Positions 30,690 to 39,503 are shown, counted from the first letter of the stretch. The stretch: DNA of 58,257 nt from Desulfurococcales archaeon (GCA_023255965.1 JAGDWE010000056.1:1-58257); one strand, 5' to 3'. Notes: generated from the sequence alone by a model not told the origin. Translations and numbers: made by a program.

Positions 30690-31704
30690 GTGGAGGGTGT
30701 TGACTATGAAAAGGCTTTCTTACTTGGATGGAGGTTTAAGCTGGCGGTTAATGAAGCCGTTAAAATGCTTAAGCAGGGATTGGACGAAGAGTCTGTGCTT
30801 AGGAAAATATATGAGTTCTTGCCAAACTACGTATATGCGGGGTCGTGTCTTAAGCAAGCAAAGGCTATTGCCGAAGGGCTTGTGTTTCATAAAGCCTCTT
30901 CAGCATTTGCGAACAAGCCATTTATTTTCTCTCGTGGCAACAAATTCGATAATGGGAATGGGAATATAAAGCTTGTATCCGTTGATAGGGTTAAGATAAA
31001 GTACCTTGATGGTTCCTGGATAGAGGGAAGAGTTTCATTTGATGAAAAGTATAATGCGTTGCTTAAGGAGTTAATAGAGCTTGCCAACAAGGAAATGGAA
31101 GGATATGCGGCTAGAATTGTTTTGGAAATAAGCTAAGGCTTTACATCAGCATCCCAACAGCTCTATACACAAAACACTTAGGGGAGGATAGAAGCATATA
31201 TTACAACACACTACTTGGAATCGACGTAAACTCCGACAGAGTAAACGGAGTCGTTATAGATTTCAATGGAAGAATTGTGAAGATTATCAACAAGCACTTT
31301 CATCACATAACATCACCTAGTTACCCAAGAGACAAGGCAAGAAGCGAGAGACTGCAATCACTTTTCAACATAATTGATTCAAGTGCGAACTACTTTGGGA
31401 TAAAAGCCGTTGTTTTTGAAGATCTATTTAAAATAAAGAGTAGGAGTCCCACGAGAAACCCCAACGCCAATAGAAAGATATCTAGATTTACAAAAAGAGA
31501 AATGCTTATACACGGAGCACTGCATGCCATGAAAAAGAAATGTATTGTCATATTTGTGAATCCGAGCGGAACAACAAATTCTAAGAAGCACGAGGAAATA
31601 ATGAGGAGACTGGTTTGGATAGGCACACAGCATCAGCATATCTAATAGCTTTAAAAGGGCTAAAGACATTGACATCAAGCAATACAAACCATTATAAAAA
31701 GTGA
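30690..31704 (+). pseudogene. TnpB/OrfB-like (IS200/IS605/IS607-associated RuvC-fold) gene disrupted by two frameshifts
   Basis: Three consecutive frame segments (30690-31133, 31124-31642, 31605-31701) read as one protein of about 335 aa. Recognisable pieces: ..GNKLRLYISIP.., GIDVNSDRV (RuvC-I-like), AVVFEDL (RuvC-II-like), VNPSGTT and GLDRHTASAYLIALKG (degenerate RuvC-III position). No CxxC zinc finger. Confidence 0.55.
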
Positions 31705-31960
31705 AGCAGCTTCATCTAGGCAAGTCAAAGCCTTGGAGGAGTGGGCTAGGAAAAATAATATCCAAGAATATGAGGTCATAACCGATATTGGCAGCGGTCT
31801 CAACGAGGATAGGAAGGGCTTTAAGAAGATACTAAGGCTTGCTACAGAAAAAAGGATATCAAAGATCGTTGTGGCATATCCAGATAGGCTGACTAGGTTC
31901 GGTTTCAAAACACTTGAGGAGCTTTTAAGATCCTTTGGTGTTGAGATAGTTTCTAAATAG
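31673..31960 (+). pseudogene. serine recombinase (IS607-type TnpA/resolvase) fragment
   Basis: The in-frame stretch ..VITDIGSGLNEDRKGFKKIL..KIVVAYPDRLTRFGFKTLEELLRSFGVEIV.. matches the central part of resolvase catalytic domains. The N-terminal HTH and catalytic-Ser block are absent or degenerate, and the C-terminus is truncated. Confidence 0.6.
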
Positions 31961-32004
31961 AGAGGATAAAGAGCCGTCGTTAGCTGTTTTGAGTTTTATA
32001 AAAG

Positions 32005-32295
32005 CTTATAGGGGTTTATCAGGAGGAAATACCTAGAAGGAGGGGAGGGAAAGGAGGCCCAGGATGGGGGGTTCCCCCACGGCGATGATCCTGAGGATTC
32101 TATGAGGGAGGAGCTGCGGGTAGGGGTCACCCAAAGCTGGCGGGGCCCAACGATATTGGCCCGATGAATGGGGCTCTGGGGGCGATGGAGCCAAGGGTAG
32201 AGGATTAATATTGAAGAGCATTAAGCCCGATGAAACCCGAACCCCCTACATAAATTCCATCAAGCCCATGAAATCTAAACCCTATAGAGGCGGAC
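32005..32295. repeat. GC-rich interspersed repeat, copy 1 (inverted partner at 58090-58257)
   Basis: 32079-32245 aligns by eye to the reverse complement of 58090-58257 over about 168 nt, roughly 85% identical, with 1-nt indels that break any reading frame. It also contains an internal near-duplicate (aagcccgatgaaacccgaacccc / aagcccatgaaatctaaaccc). Confidence 0.7.
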
Positions 32296-32362
32296 ATATG
32301 TAGGATCACTTAATGTGATTAGAAAGAAAGTTGGTCAGAAAATGAATTAATTTATTAAAATT

Positions 32363-33823
32363 TCATCGACTAATTATATTTAGCAGCTTCCCGTCCTTAC
32401 TGTACAGGTAAATCGTTAGCCTCATACCACCTGGCGTGGTGTGGGTGGCACATGCATGACAAGGATCATAAGCTCTAAATGCCATTTCAATCATGTTTAA
32501 GAGGCCTTCCTCTATCATGCCATTCCTTATCAAGCTCCTAGCTGCTTTATCTACCGAGAGCGCCATCCTCGCCGAGTTATGCTGTGTGGCTACTAGTAAA
32601 TTAGCTTTAGTTATTATGCCTTTATCGTTAGTTTCATAATGGTGGATTAAGACCCCGCGCGGCGCCTCAACGACCCCTATTCCAACTCCCTTAGGTTCCT
32701 TAGGCATGTTTCTAACATTTTGATCTAATATTTCAGGATCTTCAGCAAGCTCCTTAGCTCTCTCGGCTGCATATATCATCTCTATCACCCTAGCCCAGTG
32801 CATTGCCAGCGTATGGTGTATCGGCTTGCTACCAATTCTAGCGAACATCTCCTCATAGGCCTCCTGAGCATGATGCGTGCTCATGCCTTCAGCTACGTTT
32901 AACCTAGCCAGTGGTGCTACTGAGAATATCCCACTATCTTCACCATCAATGAAACCTTTCCAGCCGATCTTCCTTAGGTATGAGAACCTTACGTATGTCC
33001 ACGGCTCCACATGCTCTGCTATGTGGTCTAGGTACTCATGTACATCGAATTTAACGAGCTCCTTGCCATCGGGTCTTACAACTCTAAGCATCCCATCGTA
33101 GAAGTTAACTCTATTAGCGTTATCAACTAAACCCATATAGTAGGTCCTATGCGTGTAGGCATCGCTTGTAATTAAGTTGATGTAGTCGTTATTTGATATG
33201 ACGCGCTCTTTAAATAATTTATACGTGAACAACGCTAGATCTAATGCCTTATTGCTTACCTCAATAACCTTATTCCTTATATCCTCAGTAAGCGGTTTAG
33301 ATATTCCTCCAGGCAATCCAAATACTGGGTGTATTACCTTACCCGCTATAGAGGTAATGATGTTCCTAACCTCACTTCTAGTTTTAATCACCTTCAAGCC
33401 TACTTCGCTACCTATCTTCTTCAATACGCCGAAGATATTCCTCTCCTCCTTAGGTGCCTTAGGACCTACTATGAAATCCGGTCCACCCAAGAAGTAGAAG
33501 TGTAGGGCGTGATCTTCAAACATGAAGAGGTTGTAGACTAGCTCCCTTATCTTCCTAGCTGCTGGTGGGGGAGAAACTTGATATAGGTCGTCAAGAGCCT
33601 TCGTTGCAGCCATATGATGGGCTGTCGGGCACACCCCACATATCCTAGAGGTTATCTGAGGCGCATCCTCAGCTGGTCGACCAACTAGGAATCTCTCAAA
33701 GCCCCTGATTTCGGGTATCTGCATATACGCCTTGATCGCATTACCACTGTCATCCAAGAATACAACTATCTTCCCATGCCCCTCTAACCTAGTTATCGGG
33801 TCGATCGTTATTACCTTACTCAT
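32363..33823 (-). CDS. mvhA: [NiFe] hydrogenase large subunit, MvhA-like (group 3c type)
   Basis: 486 aa. N-terminal RLEGHG and RICGVCP nickel-ligand motif, and C-terminal DPCHACATH motif. Confidence 0.9.
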   Translation of the reverse strand: MSKVITIDPITRLEGHGKIVVFLDDSGNAIKAYMQIPEIRGFERFLVGRPAEDAPQITSRICGVCPTAHHMAATKALDDLYQVSPPPAARKIRELVYNLFMFEDHALHFYFLGGPDFIVGPKAPKEERNIFGVLKKIGSEVGLKVIKTRSEVRNIITSIAGKVIHPVFGLPGGISKPLTEDIRNKVIEVSNKALDLALFTYKLFKERVISNNDYINLITSDAYTHRTYYMGLVDNANRVNFYDGMLRVVRPDGKELVKFDVHEYLDHIAEHVEPWTYVRFSYLRKIGWKGFIDGEDSGIFSVAPLARLNVAEGMSTHHAQEAYEEMFARIGSKPIHHTLAMHWARVIEMIYAAERAKELAEDPEILDQNVRNMPKEPKGVGIGVVEAPRGVLIHHYETNDKGIITKANLLVATQHNSARMALSVDKAARSLIRNGMIEEGLLNMIEMAFRAYDPCHACATHTTPGGMRLTIYLYSKDGKLLNIISR

Positions 33824-34800
33824 TTCCCACCACCTGAGTACCTGCCCTTAACTAAAGACCTAGGAAGTGAGTACCTGTAAAACCATCCAGCAGGGTCAGG
33901 CAGATATTCCTCAATAATCCTCTCAGCTAGTTTTTCATCGTCATAATCTATTATGGATGCTATGAAGGATAGCGCCCTAGCGCCGAAGTCTTTAACATTA
34001 TCTAGCGGTCCAAAACATCCGGTGCATGGCATACCCCCCTTAATACATAGAGCGCCGCAACCCCCCCTAGTTACCGGACCTAAGCATAGCACCCCTTGAG
34101 CTAGATAACATTTACTTAAATCAAGCTTAACTTGATGCACTCTCTTAAGGTCTTTAAGTAGTATCTTCTCAGGCTTGGTCTTGTTCAACTCACATTCATC
34201 GCATAAAGCCCTACTACTGCCGAAGACCGTACCCTTAGGAGGTAAATTACCGCTCAGTATATCGTCTAAGGCCTTCTTAATTATGTTGGGTGTAGGCGCA
34301 CATCCAGGTATATAGTAATCAACATCTATTACATCATCTAGAGGCTTAACATATTTAAGTATTCTAGGTAATTCGAGCTCGCCCTCAGGAGCTTTATATG
34401 ATGCAGTAGGTGTAACGCCATCAGGATTGACGACTGTTGGAGCTTCCCTAAATGCGTATGTAATTAACTCGCTAGTGCTATATAGGTTAGCAAGCCCTGG
34501 AATGCCACCTAAATGAGCGCAACTGCCGAACGCGACTACAACCTTAGACTTCCTCCTAAGTAGCCTAACCATCTCTTCATGCTCCGATAATCTAATGCCT
34601 CCATTAATGAACGCCACGTCTATGCTGTTATCCTTCATTTTCTCCACATCTGACTTCTTAAAATCCATAGCCACAGGCCAGAATACTATATCTACTTTTT
34701 CGCTAACCTTCAGCAGATCTTCCGCTAAATCAATAAATGCCTCCTCACATCCGCCACAACTAGCACACCAATATAATGCTACCTTAAGTTTGCTACTCAG
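33820..34800 (-). CDS. mvhG: [NiFe] hydrogenase small subunit, MvhG-like
   Basis: The track ORF starts at GTG 34674. The same frame stays open up to 34806 and encodes SKLKVALYWCASCGGCEEAFIDL.., the conserved proximal-cluster Cys motif. No ATG/GTG/TTG is present there, so I place the start provisionally at CTG 34800. The end overlaps mvhA by 4 nt. Confidence 0.8.
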   Translation of the reverse strand: MSSKLKVALYWCASCGGCEEAFIDLAEDLLKVSEKVDIVFWPVAMDFKKSDVEKMKDNSIDVAFINGGIRLSEHEEMVRLLRRKSKVVVAFGSCAHLGGIPGLANLYSTSELITYAFREAPTVVNPDGVTPTASYKAPEGELELPRILKYVKPLDDVIDVDYYIPGCAPTPNIIKKALDDILSGNLPPKGTVFGSSRALCDECELNKTKPEKILLKDLKRVHQVKLDLSKCYLAQGVLCLGPVTRGGCGALCIKGGMPCTGCFGPLDNVKDFGARALSFIASIIDYDDEKLAERIIEEYLPDPAGWFYRYSLPRSLVKGRYSGGGK

Positions 34801-35218
34801 CTGACATCACCTCCTTAAGCCTTAATGGTCCTAACCTACGTATGTGCTCCACAAAATCCGTTGCCACCTTGGCCCACCTATCTCCCTCGCTTGCTGAAAT
34901 CCACTCCAACCTAACCCTCTCTTCAAGGCCCAACTGCCTGAGTAATTTCCTAAGCAACAAGTACCTCCTCATAGTCTTATAATTACCTGATATGTAGTGG
35001 CAGTCACCGGGATGGCACCCAGTTATTAATACGCCATCAGCTCCATCTACCAATGCCTTAAGAACCATTTCTGGATGCACCCTACCCGAACACATAACCT
35101 TCACTATCCTAACATTATGTGGATACTTAATCCTTGAGACCCCAGCTAGGTCTATGCCAGCATATGAGCACCAGTTGCATGCAAATACTACTATCCTTGG
35201 TTCAAACCTCTCTCCCAC
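34793..35218 (-). CDS. mvhD: methyl-viologen-reducing hydrogenase delta subunit MvhD
   Basis: 141 aa (..VVFACNWCSYAG.., ..VMCSGRV.., ..GCHPGDCHY..) typical of MvhD. Confidence 0.9.
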   Translation of the reverse strand: MGERFEPRIVVFACNWCSYAGIDLAGVSRIKYPHNVRIVKVMCSGRVHPEMVLKALVDGADGVLITGCHPGDCHYISGNYKTMRRYLLLRKLLRQLGLEERVRLEWISASEGDRWAKVATDFVEHIRRLGPLRLKEVMSAE

Positions 35219-37191
35219 TACTTTGCACCCCCAGCTAATGCAGATACCTCAGAAACTATTTGAGTATCCGTGAAGTAATTCTGCTGCATAGCTCCAGACG
35301 GACATGTAGCTGCACATGCACCACATCCCTTGCACCTAATAACATTCACCTTAGCTATCCTTCTACCGCCCTCCTCTTTAATCTCTATGGCATCGAATGG
35401 ACATACAGAAGCGCATAAGCCGCATCCGCTACATAGATCCTCGTTAACTACGGCTAAGTACGGAGTGGATTCAACTTCACCCTTGGATAAGAAGCCTATG
35501 GCGGCGGCTGCTGCAGCGGCAGCATGAGCTACTGTATCAGGTATATCCTTAGGTCCTTGAATAGCACCAGCTAAGAATATGCCATCGGCCGTTGTTTCGA
35601 ATGGTCTTAGCTTAGGATGTAACTCTAAGGCGAACCCCCCTGGATCGCATGATATCTTGAGCATTCTCCTAAGCGACTCCCAATCCTTAGGAGGCACTAC
35701 TGCCGACTCCAACACAACTAAATCAGCCTTAATGCTTAATAATTGGCCGGTATTTGAATCAAATACGTCGAATATTAGTGAACCATCCTTAGCCTCAAAT
35801 ATCTCCGCAGGTCTACCCCTAATGAAGTATACGTCATCCATGCCCCTAAGCCTCTGGTAGAACTCCTCATAGCCTTTGCCGAAGGCCCTTATATCAGTGT
35901 ATAGTACGAATACCTTAGCCTCGGGGACCGAGTGCTTAACGTAGTAGATGTGTTTTATGGCAGCCGCACATCCAAACCTACAGCAGTACCTTACATGCTT
36001 CTCATCTCTAGAGCCAGCGCATAACACTATGGCTACGGTCTCCGGTTCTTTACCATCCGAGAGCCTTACAATCTTGCCCTTGGTAGGGCCATCCGCATCA
36101 GATAACCTCTCTAGCTGGAGCCCTGTTATTACGTTCTTGTATTTCCCGTAGCCGTACTCACGTAGCTTAGTCATATCATATAGTTCGTACCCTGTGGCAA
36201 CTATTATTGCACCCACATTTAATTCTATATACCTATCCTTCTGATTGAAATCTATGGCGCCTACAGGGCACAACTTCTCACACGCTCTGCATATCCCCTT
36301 AGTAAACCATAGGCAGTACTTAGGATCTATAACCGGCCTCCTAGGAACCGCCTGAGGGAAGTCAAAGTATATTGCCTTCCTAGTCCCTAAGCCTTCATCA
36401 AACTCCCTCGGAGCTCTGGCGGGGCACCTCTCAGTACAGTAACCGCATCCAGTGCACTTACTCCAATCAACGTATGTGGGCTTTAACCTAACCTTAACTT
36501 TAAAGTCTCCGGCTGACCCAGATACATCCACTACCTCAGAGTACGCATATATCGTTATGTTGGGGTGCCTAGCAACATCAACCATAAGCGGCGTTAATAT
36601 GCACTTACTGCAATCAAGCGTTGGGAAGGTTTTATCTAGCTGAGCCATTTTACCACCTATGCTCTGCTTTTTCTCGACCAAGTACACCTTAATGCCGGCA
36701 TTCGCCAGATCTAGTGCTGCCCTAATGCCAGCTATCCCACCACCTATGACTAATGCCGACTTAACAACGGGCAACCTATGAATCGTTATTTCGTATAAAT
36801 GCTGAGCGCGCATTACTGCAGCGTACACCAACTCCTTGGCCTTCTCCTCAGCTTTATCAGGGACGTCCTCATGCACCCAGGTGACATGCTCTCTAATATT
36901 AACCATTTCAAGTAGCCACGGATTCAACCCTGCCTTCTTCAGTACCCCCTGAAATGTTGGCTCATGCATCCTAGGTGAGCAAGCAGCTACTATAACTCTG
37001 TTTAAGTTGTGCCTCTTGATGTCCTCCTCAATTAACATTTGGCCAGGTGATGAGCACATATACATGTAGTCCCTAGCAACAACTACATTAGGTAGTTTGC
37101 TAGCAAATTCAGCTACTCTCGATGGATTTATAACTCCTCCTATATTTTTACCGCAATGACATATATAGACCCCTATCCTGACCTCACCCAC
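35218..37191 (-). CDS. hdrA: heterodisulfide reductase subunit A
   Basis: 657 aa. FAD-binding GGGIAGI, several CxxCxxCxxxCP ferredoxin motifs and N-terminal ..ICHCGKNI... Overlaps hdrB by 8 nt and abuts mvhD by 1 nt. Confidence 0.9.
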   Translation of the reverse strand: MGEVRIGVYICHCGKNIGGVINPSRVAEFASKLPNVVVARDYMYMCSSPGQMLIEEDIKRHNLNRVIVAACSPRMHEPTFQGVLKKAGLNPWLLEMVNIREHVTWVHEDVPDKAEEKAKELVYAAVMRAQHLYEITIHRLPVVKSALVIGGGIAGIRAALDLANAGIKVYLVEKKQSIGGKMAQLDKTFPTLDCSKCILTPLMVDVARHPNITIYAYSEVVDVSGSAGDFKVKVRLKPTYVDWSKCTGCGYCTERCPARAPREFDEGLGTRKAIYFDFPQAVPRRPVIDPKYCLWFTKGICRACEKLCPVGAIDFNQKDRYIELNVGAIIVATGYELYDMTKLREYGYGKYKNVITGLQLERLSDADGPTKGKIVRLSDGKEPETVAIVLCAGSRDEKHVRYCCRFGCAAAIKHIYYVKHSVPEAKVFVLYTDIRAFGKGYEEFYQRLRGMDDVYFIRGRPAEIFEAKDGSLIFDVFDSNTGQLLSIKADLVVLESAVVPPKDWESLRRMLKISCDPGGFALELHPKLRPFETTADGIFLAGAIQGPKDIPDTVAHAAAAAAAAIGFLSKGEVESTPYLAVVNEDLCSGCGLCASVCPFDAIEIKEEGGRRIAKVNVIRCKGCGACAATCPSGAMQQNYFTDTQIVSEVSALAGGAK

Positions 37192-38077
37192 TTAAACTCA
37201 CCCCTAATTTCTCGAGAACCCCCTCGACAGGGCTTAGATTTAAACTCAAACCTAACTCCTTAGGACTTAACCCAATAGCCAATCCAATTAATTGGGTTAA
37301 GTAGAATACCGGTATAGATATAGATTCATCGCCTACTTCGCTTCTAGCGGCATCCTGCTTGGCATCAAGCATTTCCATGCAGTAAGGACACGAGGTACTC
37401 ACAGCATCAAAGTTGAATTCCTTGATATTTTTAATCTTACCAGCAACAACCCTTAGCGCATATTTAGCTGAGTAAGGTAGCATAGTAGCCCCGCAGCAGC
37501 CCCCCTTATCTGGGTAATAACCTACGCTAGCTCCTAACGCACTCAATAAGTTGTCGAATTTCCTAGGATCTACTGAGTCCTCCGGACGCGGTATATCAGA
37601 AGGCCTAAGTAGATGGCATCCAGGATATGACGCTATCTTAATGCCAGTTAGTGGTTTTTTAACTAACTCCTTAATCTTATTAACACCTACAACGTCATGT
37701 AGTAGGTCAACTACGTGGTAGACCTCCACATCAGTATGTAGCTCTATGCCCTCATTGGCCAGCAGCTTAGCCATATATTTCCTTAACGATTCATCTTCGT
37801 TAAGTAACGTTTTAATCTTCCTTAACGACGTATCACAGCCATTACATAATGCTAGTATGGGTAAGTTCCTCATGGACGCTAATGACAGGATCCTAGCGGA
37901 CATGTATATCCATGCGTTCTTATTAATGCCCTTAAGCGGGAATCCGCAACACCCTGCCTCAGGGAACTCAACTAATTCAACACCTAACCTCGGAAGGACA
38001 TTGCGTGCTGATATCTCATATGCGTATTGCTTCGTAGGTATGGTACATCCCAGGTAGAGGAGTACCTTAACCATCAT
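37184..38077 (-). CDS. hdrB: heterodisulfide reductase subunit B (two CCG domains)
   Basis: 297 aa with ..CCGFPL.. and ..GGCCGA.. CCG-domain motifs. Confidence 0.9.
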   Translation of the reverse strand: MMVKVLLYLGCTIPTKQYAYEISARNVLPRLGVELVEFPEAGCCGFPLKGINKNAWIYMSARILSLASMRNLPILALCNGCDTSLRKIKTLLNEDESLRKYMAKLLANEGIELHTDVEVYHVVDLLHDVVGVNKIKELVKKPLTGIKIASYPGCHLLRPSDIPRPEDSVDPRKFDNLLSALGASVGYYPDKGGCCGATMLPYSAKYALRVVAGKIKNIKEFNFDAVSTSCPYCMEMLDAKQDAARSEVGDESISIPVFYLTQLIGLAIGLSPKELGLSLNLSPVEGVLEKLGVSLSG

Positions 38078-38592
38078 AGGCCACCTAATAAATCCTTGAG
38101 GGTCTTTCTCATGGATTCATGGGCGTAGGGTCTAACTAATGGAGGTAGGTTTAAGGACTCCCTGCTATAAATCTCAAACTCCTTACTTAATACCTCGATA
38201 GGTGGTGAGATACGCCCTAACTCAATAACGTTCCTAGCCATAGCTATTAAATCCTCTGGCGGCCTATAGCCGCTTGCCACCGCTAAGTTCTTAAGTGCTA
38301 TAATGACCTCGACGGGGGCTACGTTCTGAGGACAGTACTCACCACATTTCCAGCACTCGGTACATGCCCAGATGATCCCTGAATCCAGCAGCTGTTTAAT
38401 TAAGCCCATCCTTGTTAATGCAACTATTAGGTGCGGTTTATATTCAGGAATTACTTTAGAAGCAGTACATGCGCTAGTGCATTTAGCGCACTGATAACAA
38501 TACTGAGGGGTGTGGGGTTTAACTAATTCCTTAACGCTATCTAAGTACTTCCTGTTGATTAACTTGGCCTCTAAGCTCACAAGCATAAGCAC
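38074..38592 (-). CDS. hdrC: heterodisulfide reductase subunit C (2x[4Fe-4S])
   Basis: 172 aa with CYQCAKCTSAC and CTECWKCGEYCP. 4-nt overlap with hdrB. Confidence 0.85.
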   Translation of the reverse strand: MLMLVSLEAKLINRKYLDSVKELVKPHTPQYCYQCAKCTSACTASKVIPEYKPHLIVALTRMGLIKQLLDSGIIWACTECWKCGEYCPQNVAPVEVIIALKNLAVASGYRPPEDLIAMARNVIELGRISPPIEVLSKEFEIYSRESLNLPPLVRPYAHESMRKTLKDLLGGL

Positions 38593-38649
38593 CTACTACT
38601 TTAGCAAAGGCGTGCTAAATAAGCTTTTCCACTATTTAAATATTTTAAA

Positions 38650-38673
38650 CCCTCTTTAAATCCCTCTTTAAAT
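38650..38673. promoter_or_regulatory. exact tandem 12-bp direct repeat (ccctctttaaat x2) in the hdrC upstream region
   Basis: Two adjacent identical 12-mers 58-81 nt upstream of the hdrC start. On the gene strand this reads atttaaagagggatttaaagaggg, followed by a third tttaaa/atttaaatag TATA-like box. Confidence 0.35.
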
Positions 38674-38719
38674 CATCATTAATCGCTCAGTAGGATGATT
38701 ATGGATAGACAATCAATTT

Positions 38720-39496
38720 CTACAACTTACCGCTTGCCTCCTCAGTTAGGTAGTCCTCACCACCGCTTAGAACCCTCTGTATGGATCCATACAATTCATC
38801 AATGCCCTTACCGCTAACCGCTGACACTGGAATGACATCGATTGACGACTCCTTAACAGCCTCACACAACTTAATAATTAGCTCCGGATCGAAGGCTGCG
38901 ACCTCGTCTACCATGTCACTGCACTGGGCTTCCTCGCTAAACATGTTAAGTAATTTAGATTCCTGATCGGGTGTAAGTAGGTCAGTCTTCGTTAGTGTAA
39001 GTATTTGGGGCTTTTTAATCCTAAGCAGCGTTGATACTGAGAGCAGCAATAACGATATTGCTGATAGCGGGTTTAATGCCAGGTATGAGTCTATGAGGAA
39101 TAATGTGACTGATTTTCTACCTTTAGTTAGATGATCTATCAGTAAGGGGCCTACACGCCTAAATGCAACTATCTCTAACTGGCCCGGCATATCTATTAGT
39201 ACATAATTACTGTTAAATGACTCTATTTCTTCCCTTAAATCGGAAATGTAATTAATTAACATATCGACGGCTGCTATCAATGCCCCATTAGGTCCTAGGT
39301 TGTATTTCTCCATGACATCCTTAACATTTAGGAAGTCCCTAACGTCAACGTCAGGACTGTACGGTAAGTAATCAGCAGCTGGATCAAAGTTAACTCTAGC
39401 AACACTCATTTCATTATCTTCAATCCAATGCGCAAGCGAGTCGGTTAAGGTCGACTTACCTGAGCCTGCAGGGCCAGTGACTATTATATAATACAT
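38720..39496 (-). CDS. GPN-loop GTPase
   Basis: 258 aa with P-loop GPAGSGKST and the eponymous GPNG (..NLGPNGALI..). Confidence 0.8.
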   Translation of the reverse strand: MYYIIVTGPAGSGKSTLTDSLAHWIEDNEMSVARVNFDPAADYLPYSPDVDVRDFLNVKDVMEKYNLGPNGALIAAVDMLINYISDLREEIESFNSNYVLIDMPGQLEIVAFRRVGPLLIDHLTKGRKSVTLFLIDSYLALNPLSAISLLLLSVSTLLRIKKPQILTLTKTDLLTPDQESKLLNMFSEEAQCSDMVDEVAAFDPELIIKLCEAVKESSIDVIPVSAVSGKGIDELYGSIQRVLSGGEDYLTEEASGKL

Positions 39497-39503
39497 CTCC
39501 TAA

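Noticed and set aside
30408-30969. ORFs 30408-30653 and 30592-30969 in the GC-rich block upstream of the TnpB-like gene.
   Set aside because: Their Pro/Arg/Gly-rich composition follows from GC-rich non-coding sequence. The second ORF runs out of frame across the start of the TnpB-like reading frame. No motif is present.
32033-32221. ORF 32033-32221 (minus) inside the repeat, and the equivalent frame in the 58.1 kb copy.
   Set aside because: The two repeat copies differ by 1-nt indels, so the predicted peptides diverge completely after a few residues. The element is therefore not protein-coding.
35501-35523. GC-rich gcggcggctgctgcagcggcagc run that looked like a simple repeat.
   Set aside because: It is in frame within hdrA and encodes a poly-Ala stretch (HAAAAAAAAIGF). 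It is a coding low-complexity segment, not a separate element.
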